Below the pieces are notes generated by a model that was not told the DNA's origin, searched no databases, and saw only the letters and a list, made by a program, of their open reading frames with translations. Position numbers and translations under genes: made by a program. Shown here piece by piece: positions 52,301 through 60,571 of a DNA stretch of 64,000 bases (the first letter of the stretch is position 1; each line of letters opens with the position of its first letter). The DNA lies in the NCBI GenBank assembly GCA_046075565.1, contig JBJTQJ010000117.1, positions 1 through 64,000 on the forward strand. Direction: 5' to 3'. This DNA is from Verrucomicrobiales bacterium. GTDB taxonomy: Bacteria; Verrucomicrobiota; Verrucomicrobiia; Verrucomicrobiales; SLCJ01.

Positions 52301-53284
52301 GTCAAATCGGTCGCCGATGTCGTGACCGGCTTCTACCTCAGAAATGAACCATTGCCGAACCGACGTCTCATCCCCTATCTGAACCACCCGAAATACTTCA
52401 ACTTGACGGAGATTCTGTCGCAGTATTGGGATTACCGGAATGGCTTCGCGGACAAGATCGGCGCCTACATGATGGTCGAGGGCCCGTTCAACGTGAACAC
52501 CACTTCGGAGGCGGCATGGAAAACCCTCTTCACCAGCCTCCGTGGCAAACCTGTTTCCCATCTTGACCTTGCCGATTCCACGAGTGGGAGCCTCAAGGTC
52601 ACGGAGTCCACGCCTGCAGGAGTGCCCGTGGCCTCCGGCACCCTGCCCAATGGAAAGCCCTATACCGGAAGCACTTCCGACCCAAGTTCTCCCGAGCAGT
52701 GGACCGGTTGGCGTGAACTGACCGACAAGGAAATCGACGAATTGGCCAAGGCCATGGTCAAGCAAGTCAAGAAACGCGGCCCATTCCTTTCCATGTCGGA
52801 ATTCGTCAACCGCCGGCTCGATGCCAACAGCACCGAACTGTCCCTCATGGGAGCGCTGCAAGCCGCCATCGACGACCCGCAATGTTCCATCAACCAGGGA
52901 TTCCGTAACGGAATCCGCCGCTTCAATTCTCGCGAACGATCATGGGCAGGCGCGGCCTTCCCCGAGGCTTTGGACGGACCGGTAGCCTATGGCAGCTCGG
53001 CTTATCTCGACCAAGCTGATATCCTGCGGAATTTCGCCGAGCAGTTGACGCCGCGTGGCGACACCTTTGTCGTCCGGGCCTATGCCGACTCGGTTGATGC
53101 ATCCGGGAAAGTCGCTGCCCGCGCGTGGTGCGAAGCCGTCGTGCAACGTCTGCCCAATTACAGCGATACCTCCAACGCCCCGCAACTCAAAGCCGCCGAC
53201 CCTACCTTATCTCTTCAAAACAAACTGTTTGGTCGCCGCATGCAGGTGATCAACTTCCGTTGGCTCGACCCATCAGAGATCTGA
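49331..53284 (+). CDS. Giant pilin-like protein (PilX/GspK-type N-terminus; Verru_Chthon cassette protein A-like)
   Basis: G|FALVATLSVSALVTLLIMALL prepilin-like site, AQANAR..AIGALQKQLGPDQRVSA, C-terminal RGDTFVVRAY..CEAVVQR..FGRR..FRWL; start 49289-49331. Confidence 0.75.
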   Translation: MKTIKPISAPSAGFALVATLSVSALVTLLIMALLGLSLSTTRLEIQNRSQAEAQANARLSLKLAIGALQKQLGPDQRVSANANILSDPASPNSTVASRHWTGVWSSWKAGIRQNSQHSTIGRGGEMAPKYQSNRRDYFQGWLLSLNTDEARNVDTPKTLALSGSLLPQQAETAVTLVGPNTLGSTAPATDQINARLLAPPVSGSGKRNRFAYWIGDESQKARLMSDTYTGTSALTLAQRLARTQAPAAPGTKTISELEGITPEQDARLQALPNLSSLDLLMNTPGKSPARTNFHSATPYSRGVLADVREGGMKRDLQTILEKPINPGDVYNLEVARDARGGSLEFQWATSLKPNGNEYLLYSFDDMVISPVGMPVGQATVPIQDLSAYYQMYDSTRPGWRGGIQFTSSTSSPSNNLLRGGVMVSNPDYGVSTSDYVNYLRQSSALYRNVYPIKIEYVLSYLTEQRPQADIDRDRANGNPSPDTHWIKIGITPSMTWWNPNNVPVVMNFGDPDLASIMIRENAVPLQIDLRKHETFGGPITANRVLQLTNVTNTQQGELYTLFISGRTPLVFQPGECKVLALQYSSQSSASAGLESLDFYLRGTGSRFAEPFVPSLELVPGWNPGKFIRPTGRNGVSTVGLLTFKATDFISANISTGTGKGYTVDFTQKSRHGRNAPGVMWHFRSYGIYLRRLTGGDISTFGPFRTAFNSAGFNPSGGGIADTNSAGILLPGRSAGTLINSMQDPGNLLDDIPQAFFYYGMKAATETHESANAFPASGFGAARRFPSRPFTHSTAMMPQYIDTIAGPNLYNIGWNWFFMPLNNSLDAPVSISRDSYGYYGGGYTAENGTTHVVQQHLPVSPPISIASLSSAQLSGYSLSEEAATLGFNGLPGRDPDPTKNEPFLRTTAIGFGGLEPRTLQAIGNSYAHPYIPKAEAITTLGRVYVQNTANPNPTQEPYADHSYLANKALWDEFFFSSIYPTPGSNPVFNSPVKSVADVVTGFYLRNEPLPNRRLIPYLNHPKYFNLTEILSQYWDYRNGFADKIGAYMMVEGPFNVNTTSEAAWKTLFTSLRGKPVSHLDLADSTSGSLKVTESTPAGVPVASGTLPNGKPYTGSTSDPSSPEQWTGWRELTDKEIDELAKAMVKQVKKRGPFLSMSEFVNRRLDANSTELSLMGALQAAIDDPQCSINQGFRNGIRRFNSRERSWAGAAFPEALDGPVAYGSSAYLDQADILRNFAEQLTPRGDTFVVRAYADSVDASGKVAARAWCEAVVQRLPNYSDTSNAPQLKAADPTLSLQNKLFGRRMQVINFRWLDPSEI

Positions 53285-53314
53285 TCTTCTCCGCCTACCA
53301 TTTCCTCTCCCTTC

Positions 53315-54031
53315 ATGCTCTTGCGTCTCTTTCCGCACCGACTGCTCGCCTCATTCGCCCTTCTGCTCACCGGTTTCTGCTCCGCGCAGGACGCCACGGT
53401 AAGCATGCGTTTCCTGGCCTTTCCCGCGAAAGCGGAACCCGAACCGGTCGAACTCGTTGTTGGCGAGGGAAAAACCATCAAAGTCGACACTCCCGGAAAC
53501 GAACTTTCCCAACCCTACAAGGTCGCCAATCCGGCCGTAATCGCCGTTGGCCAGACGGGTGTGGGTAGCGATGGCAAGCCGGCCTTCAACACCTATGGAA
53601 AAGCCACCGGGATTTCCGCGAAAGAACAAATCGTGCTATTGCTCCGCAAGGGAGAAGCCAACTCCGACGGGTTCGTTGTCCTGCCCCTCAGTGCGGATCT
53701 TGATTCCTTCGGTGGAGCGCACTTTCTCTTCATCAATGCTTCCAACCTCGAAGTCGGCGGACGCATCGGTGATAAGACCATTCAATTGAAACCCGGGCAG
53801 CGCACCATGCTCAAACCAACTCCCGACTTCACCGATGACATTTGCCAGGTTTCCCTGGCCTACATGCGCGATAACAAGTGGAAGATGTTCTTCGACACGA
53901 GGTGGCCGGCCAATGACCAAAGCCGCGCCATTGTCTTCTTTTACCAGAACCCGCAAACCGGGAGATTGGGCATCGCACCCATCACGGATATTGTCGCCCG
54001 GCAGAAGGAAGAGAACGCTGCAAATCCATGA
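53315..54031 (+). CDS. Exported hypothetical protein, probable partner of the giant pilin-like protein
   Basis: Signal peptide; beta-rich; 30 bp after the upstream stop. Confidence 0.7.
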   Translation: MLLRLFPHRLLASFALLLTGFCSAQDATVSMRFLAFPAKAEPEPVELVVGEGKTIKVDTPGNELSQPYKVANPAVIAVGQTGVGSDGKPAFNTYGKATGISAKEQIVLLLRKGEANSDGFVVLPLSADLDSFGGAHFLFINASNLEVGGRIGDKTIQLKPGQRTMLKPTPDFTDDICQVSLAYMRDNKWKMFFDTRWPANDQSRAIVFFYQNPQTGRLGIAPITDIVARQKEENAANP

Positions 54032-54113
54032 AGCTGCCCAACAGCCGCCGAGCCTTCGTTGCCCACTGACGGTGCGCAGGCAAGTCGAACCGCTACGGAT
54101 GTCGGCGTGACAC

Positions 54114-54146
54114 AAAAAAAAGCGCCCGGGCCTTGGCCACGGGCGC
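54114..54146 (-). terminator. Rho-independent terminator of tRNA-fMet-rpmB
   Basis: GCGCCCG..CGGGCGC stem next to an A8 run on the + strand. Confidence 0.8.
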
Positions 54147-54172
54147 GGATTTGAAGCTCTGTGGACAGAGAC

Positions 54173-54436
54173 TCAGATAAGACCGGCTTCCTTCAGCACG
54201 GCATAGGCGCCATTTTTGCCGATGGTGCGGAGAGCGCGGGTGCTGAGCCGGACGGTGACATTGCGACCGAGTTCCGCAACCCAGATGCGCTTCTTCTGAA
54301 GATTCGGGTGGAAGACGCGGCCCACGACTTTGGTGACGTGGCGACCGACCCCGCCTTTTTTCTTGGCGAGACCACTGCGGTGGATACGGTTGCCGGTGGT
54401 GACGTGGGCTCCGGTGATGCTACAGGTGCGGGGCAT
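54173..54436 (-). CDS. rpmB: 50S ribosomal protein L28
   Basis: MPRTCSITG..GN...R.F.PNLQKKRIW...LSTRALRTI. Confidence 0.95.
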   Translation of the reverse strand: MPRTCSITGAHVTTGNRIHRSGLAKKKGGVGRHVTKVVGRVFHPNLQKKRIWVAELGRNVTVRLSTRALRTIGKNGAYAVLKEAGLI

Positions 54437-54466
54437 GGGACGTTGGGTGGGGCTGGATTGAAACTT

Positions 54467-54543
<77 letters not shown>

Positions 54544-54670
54544 ATTTTGTGGAGGGCAAAAGTATCCAGAAATATCATCGGCGCAAGAAGAATTGTGAAT
54601 AATTTTACACATCCGAAGTATCCCCGTGTCTTCCCTTGCCGAGCGGGCTGTCCCGGCGTATCAGGTTCCC

Positions 54671-55120
54671 ATGAGTGAACCCGCCTCCTCCCCGTCTTCC
54701 CCCCTCCCACCTGAGTCCGTGCTCTGGGAAGGCGCCCCGTCGTCCTGGCAGAATTTCTGGTGGTGGCTGTCCATCATCGGCATTCCCGTCGCCATCTGGA
54801 AACATATCGTGCTCAAAAACACGAAAATCGTCCTGACGTCCCAACGATTGAAAATCCACTCCGGGGTCTTCAATAAACAAATGGAGGAAATCGAACTATA
54901 CCGGGTAAAGGACTGGACCTTCCGCCAGCCGTTTCTCCAGCGGGTTCTCGGATTCGGAGAGGTCCTGCTGGTCTCGAGTGACCGCACCGCCCCCGAAGTA
55001 GCGTATTCATGGCTGAAAGATGCCGGCGTTTTTGCGGAAAAACTGCGGTCCGCGGTCGAAACCGTGCGGGATCGCAAGCGGGTGCGTTCGCTGGAAATGG
55101 ACGACGGGGACTCCCTGTGA
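54671..55120 (+). CDS. Bacterial PH-domain (bPH_2-like) membrane protein
   Basis: TM segment then LTSQRL...GVF...IELYRVKD....Q.FLQR.LG.G. Confidence 0.8.
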   Translation: MSEPASSPSSPLPPESVLWEGAPSSWQNFWWWLSIIGIPVAIWKHIVLKNTKIVLTSQRLKIHSGVFNKQMEEIELYRVKDWTFRQPFLQRVLGFGEVLLVSSDRTAPEVAYSWLKDAGVFAEKLRSAVETVRDRKRVRSLEMDDGDSL

Positions 55121-55186
55121 ATCGCCCCCCCCGATTCCGCTTGATGATCCATGGTAGAGTGATATATTTAGGCGCTTTCGAGCATG

Positions 55187-55541
55187 GGGGGCGTCACGGT
55201 TTCGACTGGTCGTTCAACGTGCGGATGGCATGCCGGGGCTGACAGGATCCCCCGTTAAAAAGCCTGTCAAAACAAGAACAGCAGATTCCCATCAGGAACT
55301 CGCCCTGGCGGCTTAATGTCCGTCACATCCCACGTTTGACGCCTGCTAGGCCGTGAGATGTCATTCAGCAGGCTGGCTCCAAAGCCGGGCATCCGGGCCG
55401 AGGAGTGAGACCTTACAGGATGATCGGGGAACCGCAGCGGCCACGCGGCAGGGTTCTCTCAAAACCCACGGGTGGCTAAGCATGTAGAAGTTCGTGCCAA
55501 GAGCCATCAGGACAGGGGTTCAACTCCCCTCGCCTCCACCA
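55187..55541 (+). ncRNA. ssrA: tmRNA; tag peptide (A)ADSHQELALAA
   Basis: 5' GGGGGCG pairs with 3' CGCCTCC-ACCA; GGTTTCGAC near the 5' end; T-arm GGGGTTCAACTCCCC; tag ORF 55281-55316 ends LALAA-stop. Confidence 0.95.
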
Positions 55542-55606
55542 GCCTTCGCCGAGGCTTCGGCTGGCAAGCCATCGGGCTTCGTCAGACGGAGCCTCGGCGA
55601 AGGCTG
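55540..55606. repeat. Long palindromic element abutting the tmRNA 3' end
   Basis: 20-nt arms CAGCCTTCGCCGAGGCTTCG / CGGAGCCTCGGCGAAGGCTG (one G-U pair) plus an inner stem. Confidence 0.7.
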
Positions 55607-55736
55607 CCCGCCATAGCCCCGCCCCAGCGGGGCGACGGTAGAGTCAAGAAAAAAGATTTCCTCCGATGCGGATTTTTCTTTCATCGGATGCAGAAAATTG
55701 TCGCGTTTCCGCAAATACGTGCTAAACTTCCGTTCT

Positions 55737-56045
55737 ATGTCCACGGCAAAACGAACGAGATTTACCCGTCGGGTCCCTGATCATGTAACGGACGAACTAG
55801 TAGCTGTCCTCCAGGACTACCAAACCTACCACTTCAACGATCTCTTCGAGAAAGTTTATCAAAACCTGAAGAAGCGAAATGCGGTGAGTGGTGGTGAAGA
55901 AATGCTCCGCCTGCGGGCCTACGAGAAACTCCAGAATCTCGTGGCCGGCAGCAAGGTGCATAAGGAAGGAAAAACCTATCGCGGCCTGCCCGGTATTGAA
56001 ACCGTCGCGCCTTCGGTGCCCACCCGGGCCCAAGCTGCTTCCTGA
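55737..56045 (+). CDS. Small hypothetical protein (possible winged helix)
   Basis: 102 aa, helical with a C-terminal beta-hairpin-like KVHKEGKTYRG; own terminator. Confidence 0.7.
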   Translation: MSTAKRTRFTRRVPDHVTDELVAVLQDYQTYHFNDLFEKVYQNLKKRNAVSGGEEMLRLRAYEKLQNLVAGSKVHKEGKTYRGLPGIETVAPSVPTRAQAAS

Positions 56046-56086
56046 GGTTCCATAGGCAACTTTCCCAACCTTTTCGAAATTCCAAC

Positions 56087-56115
56087 AACCCGGAGGTCTC
56101 CCCTCCGGGTTTTTT
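56087..56115 (+). terminator. Rho-independent terminator
   Basis: AACCCGGAGG-TCTCC-CCTCCGGGTT followed by a T-run. Confidence 0.85.
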
Positions 56116-56155
56116 CGTGCTTCGACCCGATGTCACGACTGAGTCCGGAGAAAAC

Positions 56156-56232
56156 TGGCGCACCCGTGAGGACTCGAACCTCAAACCTTCTGATCCGTAG
56201 TCAGATGCTCTATCCAATTGAGCTACGGGTGC
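56156..56232 (-). tRNA. tRNA-Arg (ACG)
   Basis: 77-nt cloverleaf GCACCCG...CTACGGA...TTCGAGT...GCCA. Confidence 0.96.
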
Positions 56233-56344
56233 CCTGGGGAAGGGAAATCTATGCGGATGGGCGAAGCGCGCAAGGAAAAGTTGCAGAGCCGGAGCACAAA
56301 TTCCACCGGCTTGCGCGGCCAACGGGGACCATGCACGTTTGGCC

Positions 56345-57061
56345 ATGGAATCGATACTCATCACCGGAGGCAATGGCGGCATCGGCTTGGCTTGTGCCAG
56401 CGTTTTCCTCGAGCGCCGGCCGGACTGTAAGATTTTTTTAGGATGTCGGTCGGCCCGCGCGGGGGCGGAGACTTTGGCAGAGCAGTCCAATGGACGGGTG
56501 GAAATCCTTTCCCTCGAGGTCACGGACCCGGCGGCGTGGGAATCATCGGTGGCCACGATCGTGGAAAGATGCGGGAGCATCGACGTGCTGATCAACAACG
56601 CCGGACACCATCGTGATTCGCTGCTCGCGACCATGCCCCTCGAGGCATGGCATGAGGTCATCGCCTCCAATCTCACGGGCACCTTTCTCGGTTGCCGGGC
56701 CGTCACCCGCCCGATGATGGCTGCCCGCAGAGGGCATATCATCAACATCGCCTCGCTCAGCGCCTTGCTCGCTCCGGCCGGGCAAACGAACTACGCGGCG
56801 GCGAAGGCGGGGGTGGTGGCACTCACCCAATCCTTGGCCAAGGAAGTCGCACGCGCGGGCATCACGGTGAATGCCATTTGTCCCGGTTACATCGACACGG
56901 GTGCCTTCGACGCCGCGGCGACAAAAGAGATGGCCGCAAAAGTGCCGGCACGCCGACTCGGCCAAGCCCGTGAGGTCGCGGAGTTGTGCGAGTTTCTGGC
57001 CAGCGGACGCGCCCCCTATCTCACGGGAAGCGTGATCAAGATAGATGGGGGCATTTTCTGA
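56345..57061 (+). CDS. FabG-like 3-oxoacyl-ACP reductase (SDR)
   Basis: TGGNGGIG, NNAG, GQTNYAAAKAG, PGYIDT. Confidence 0.9.
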   Translation: MESILITGGNGGIGLACASVFLERRPDCKIFLGCRSARAGAETLAEQSNGRVEILSLEVTDPAAWESSVATIVERCGSIDVLINNAGHHRDSLLATMPLEAWHEVIASNLTGTFLGCRAVTRPMMAARRGHIINIASLSALLAPAGQTNYAAAKAGVVALTQSLAKEVARAGITVNAICPGYIDTGAFDAAATKEMAAKVPARRLGQAREVAELCEFLASGRAPYLTGSVIKIDGGIF

Positions 57062-57140
57062 TTCCCCGTTTGGTGCTTGCGCGAAAGCCACGCCCTACTT
57101 ATCCTGCAAGCTCTATCAAAAATACGGAAACCTCCCGCTC

Positions 57141-57392
57141 ATGAATGCCGAATTGCGTGCTCGAATCAAGGAAGTAATGGTCGAGGAGCTGATGCTCCAA
57201 ATCGAAGCCCCCGAGATTGGGGACGAAACACCTATCTTCGGCCCCGATGGCCTTGGTCTTGATTCCGTGGACGCGCTCCAACTTGTGGTCGCCTTGGAAA
57301 AACACTTTGGGCTCAAGATCACCGACGCGGAAGCTTCGCGGGGGGTGCTCAAGTCGGTGGCAACCATCGCGGGCGCGTTGGGAGAGCCCTAA
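57141..57392 (+). CDS. Acyl carrier protein
   Basis: 83 aa, acidic; GLGLDSVDALQL phosphopantetheine site. Confidence 0.92.
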   Translation: MNAELRARIKEVMVEELMLQIEAPEIGDETPIFGPDGLGLDSVDALQLVVALEKHFGLKITDAEASRGVLKSVATIAGALGEP

Positions 57393-57404
57393 CCGGCCAA
57401 TTGC

Positions 57405-58331
57405 ATGTCGGAATCAAAATGGCGCTGGTTGCCGCTGTTCGCGGTAAAGTTGCTGATCAGTGCCGCTCTCTTGGCCTGGTTGCTCATCCGACCCGGGATG
57501 GAGAACTTTCCCGCTTTGGTTGCCTCAGCCGATCTGCGTTGGCTCGCCCCCGCCATTCTATGTGGAGCGCTTAATGTTATCTTCTGCGCTTGGAGGTGGC
57601 ACGTCTGCCTGCGCGGGGTCGCAATCGCCTTGCCCTTCCATCAAACCGCGCGCATCAGTCTCGCCGCCAATGCCGCCGGATACTTTTCCATCGGCACGCT
57701 TGGCAACGATGCCACGAGGTTGCTGCTCGTCGCTCGTGCGACCACCGGGGGTTCCTTGCCCGCCGCCGCGTCCTTGGCCATGGATCATGCCGCCTCGATA
57801 CCGGCAATGCTCGTGTTGCTGGCGGCTGCTCTCGTTCCCCTCGGCCTCGCTCCCACCCTCAATCCCGGAACGACTCCCCTGCTCCTGCTTTCTTTTGCCG
57901 CGATCGTGGCGGCGATTGTGATTGTTCGACTCAAATGGAAGACGATGCACGCGCGTATCCTCGCGTTTCTCCGCGCCGGGGCGACCTGGCGGGTCATGGC
58001 CATCGCTGCCGCGCTCTCCTTTCCCGTCTGGTTCTGTTTTGCCGGGATCTTCTATTGCGCGGCCCGCGCGCTCGGTCATGACTTGCCGGCCTTGTCCTTC
58101 GCGGGGATCTGCGCCATCGCAGATGCCGTGGCATCCCTTCCCATTTCCATCGCTGGTCTGGGTGTGCGCGAAAAGGCTTTCCAGTCCCTGCTGGAGATGT
58201 CCCACGGAGTTCCCGCCGCCGGGGGAGTTGCAATTTCCCTCCTCGGGTTCGGCATTTTGCTGCTCTGGGCGGCCATCGGGGCGCTCTGTCTGCTTGCGCA
58301 ATGGCCGACCCGTGGCAAAACTATGGAGTGA
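57405..58331 (+). CDS. Lysylphosphatidylglycerol-synthase TM/flippase-like membrane protein
   Basis: Multi-TM; AWRW..L, G.D..R, LPISIAGLGVRE motif. Confidence 0.85.
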   Translation: MSESKWRWLPLFAVKLLISAALLAWLLIRPGMENFPALVASADLRWLAPAILCGALNVIFCAWRWHVCLRGVAIALPFHQTARISLAANAAGYFSIGTLGNDATRLLLVARATTGGSLPAAASLAMDHAASIPAMLVLLAAALVPLGLAPTLNPGTTPLLLLSFAAIVAAIVIVRLKWKTMHARILAFLRAGATWRVMAIAAALSFPVWFCFAGIFYCAARALGHDLPALSFAGICAIADAVASLPISIAGLGVREKAFQSLLEMSHGVPAAGGVAISLLGFGILLLWAAIGALCLLAQWPTRGKTME

Positions 58332-59629
58332 ATTCGCGAGAGCCCAGCATCGCCATCATCGGAGCGGGTCCGGCCGCATGCACCCTTGCGGCTTTTGCAG
58401 TCATGCGCAGATGGCGTCCGGTGGTCTTCGACAACGGACGCCGCCCGGAAATGCTCGTGGGCGAAAGTTTGATCCCGGCCGTGGTTCCGATTCTCCGTCG
58501 TATGTGCCTGGAAGACGAAGTGAAAAAAATCGCCCGCCACAAGCCGGGCGTCTCGTTCCTCCACGACGCCGCCGCCGCCATTCATTTCAACTTTGCGCCT
58601 ATCGCGCGCCACCTGCCGACCTACGCTTACAATGTTGAACGCAAGTCGTTCGACCAATTGCTCAAAGACCGCGCGCTCGCGCTCGGCGCGGACTTCGTGC
58701 CCGTAACCGCCCGGGTTGAGAAAGCCCCGCATGGCGCCGAGCGAGAACTCCAACTCGACAGCGCGAGCCTTGATGCCGCCCGATCACTTGGTGGACGTCA
58801 ACCCGATCTGATCATCGATGCCACCGGACGGAACCGCCAGATCTCCAAGATCCTCGGCATCGGCGCGGAACACGGTCCTCGCGATGACACCGCCATCTTC
58901 GCCCACTTCCGGGGATTTCCCGAATGCGGACCCGACGGTCAGGTTCTGATCTCCCGGATGAGCCACGGCTGGAGCTGGCGGATCCCCCTGCCCGATCAGG
59001 TGATGTCATTTGGCATCGTCGTGGACAAAGAAACCGCCGCAAGCTGGGGCACGACTCCGGAGGAACGACTCGAACGGGCGCTGCATGAGGAACCCATCCA
59101 CGCGCTTGCCGGCAAACAACGCCCTTCGCGGATTTCTCCCGTGGCGGTCTATAACAACTACCAACTGATCAGCGAGCGCGCATGGGGACCCGGATGGGCA
59201 CTGGCTGGCGATGCCCTGGGATTTGTCGATCCCATGCTCTCTTCCGGACTTTTTCTGGCCATGGAGTCATCATCCCGCCTTGATGAAGCCCTCGGTTCTT
59301 GGAAAGCGGTGCCCGGCGGCGGACCGGCTTTCGCCCGCGCCATGAACCGCTATGAACGGGACATGCGCCATGCTTATCAATCGTGGGCCACGCTCATCAA
59401 CAAGTTTTACGACGGCCGCATCTTCGCCCTCCATGAAGCCGGTTACCGCATGAAACAACTGCGCAGCAACCGCCTCCAGCACGCCATCGACCGCCGCATC
59501 ATGGCCCACATCGCCTGCATGGCTTCCGGGGCGACCACCACCGCGAGAGGAGCCAACACGTGGCTCACCGCCCTTTGCCGTTTTCTCACCGCCGGTATTC
59601 CCGCGTCAGATCTGGCGATTCAGGCATGA
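58328..59629 (+). CDS. FAD-dependent halogenase-family oxidoreductase
   Basis: GAGPAA, VGESL.P, KPG, DATGR, GWSWRIP, GDALGFVDPMLSSG; GTG start overlaps the upstream stop. Confidence 0.85.
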   Translation: MNSREPSIAIIGAGPAACTLAAFAVMRRWRPVVFDNGRRPEMLVGESLIPAVVPILRRMCLEDEVKKIARHKPGVSFLHDAAAAIHFNFAPIARHLPTYAYNVERKSFDQLLKDRALALGADFVPVTARVEKAPHGAERELQLDSASLDAARSLGGRQPDLIIDATGRNRQISKILGIGAEHGPRDDTAIFAHFRGFPECGPDGQVLISRMSHGWSWRIPLPDQVMSFGIVVDKETAASWGTTPEERLERALHEEPIHALAGKQRPSRISPVAVYNNYQLISERAWGPGWALAGDALGFVDPMLSSGLFLAMESSSRLDEALGSWKAVPGGGPAFARAMNRYERDMRHAYQSWATLINKFYDGRIFALHEAGYRMKQLRSNRLQHAIDRRIMAHIACMASGATTTARGANTWLTALCRFLTAGIPASDLAIQA

Positions 59630-59679
59630 TGCTTTCCGTTTGTTGCGCTATTCGAAAAACCTGCGCCTAACAAAGCCTA

Positions 59680-60321
59680 CTATGCCTTGATAATGTAGCC
59701 AAGGTTCGCGAGCCTTCCCCAGTAGGCGTGGGTGGTGAGGGCATCATCGGTAAGACCCCCGGCATCGTGCTTGTAGGTTCGGGAGAGGAAGTCCACGAAC
59801 GAGGCGTTCTTGTTCACATCGTGGGAAATGAGCACACCTCCTGAACGAATACGCGGCCAGAAAAACTCGAACTCCGCCATCTGGTGATCGTAACGGTGCA
59901 CGCTGTCGTGAAGAAAAACATCGATCTGCTGCGGCACATCCGGGCTATCTTTCACATCTTCGAATTTCCCGATCACCCTGCGGAAACGCGGGCGGAACTC
60001 ATCGGGAATGAGGCAACCCACCAGTTCATCTTCTCGTGGATCAATGCTCACCAGTGTGCCATCGAGAATGCCGTCGTCGGACATGGCCTTGAGGATAAGA
60101 CTGGCGGAGCCTCCCATGTAGGTCCCCGTTTCGACCACGGTTTTGGGTTTGGCCCAACGCACCAGCGAATAGAGCAGGCTGGAATCCATCCGGCCCATCA
60201 CACTCTTCACCCCTCGGGCCTCCGCCTTGGCTTTGAATTCCCGCATGAATGGACTCTCGTGCATCTCCACGACATCACGGGTGAGATCAAACCAATTGAG
60301 AGAGTGGCCGCGGACTTTCAT
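59680..60321 (-). CDS. Class I SAM methyltransferase (Methyltransf_24-like)
   Basis: VVETGTYMGGS, IDVFLHDSVH.Y, GGVLISHD; ATG 60321 chosen as start. Confidence 0.85.
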   Translation of the reverse strand: MKVRGHSLNWFDLTRDVVEMHESPFMREFKAKAEARGVKSVMGRMDSSLLYSLVRWAKPKTVVETGTYMGGSASLILKAMSDDGILDGTLVSIDPREDELVGCLIPDEFRPRFRRVIGKFEDVKDSPDVPQQIDVFLHDSVHRYDHQMAEFEFFWPRIRSGGVLISHDVNKNASFVDFLSRTYKHDAGGLTDDALTTHAYWGRLANLGYIIKA

Positions 60322-60414
60322 AGCGCGGACTCTAACACAGAGCAGGACGCGCGCAAGCGGGGGGAAGGGTTCCGCGCGCCCATGGCCATTTCCCACGCCA
60401 TCGAAACCCCGATT

Positions 60415-60442
60415 TTGACATCAGGCGAAACCGAACGATTCT
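60415..60442 (+). promoter_or_regulatory. Possible sigma-70 promoter for tRNA-Leu
   Basis: Perfect TTGACA, 16-nt spacer, weak -10 GATTCT, 36 nt upstream of the tRNA. Confidence 0.35.
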
Positions 60443-60478
60443 TTCACGGCGGCAGCACGAAATAGGACCGCGCCAGAA

Positions 60479-60561
60479 GCCGACGTGGCGAAATGGTAGA
60501 CGCAGCGGACTTAAAATCCGCAGCCCGCGAGGGTGTGGGGGTTCGAGTCCCCCCGTCGGCA
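60479..60561 (+). tRNA. tRNA-Leu (TAA), CCA not encoded
   Basis: GCCGACG/CGTCGGC acceptor stem, anticodon loop CTTAAAA, long variable arm, TTCGAGT. Confidence 0.95.
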
Positions 60562-60571
60562 CTTCTTGAAA

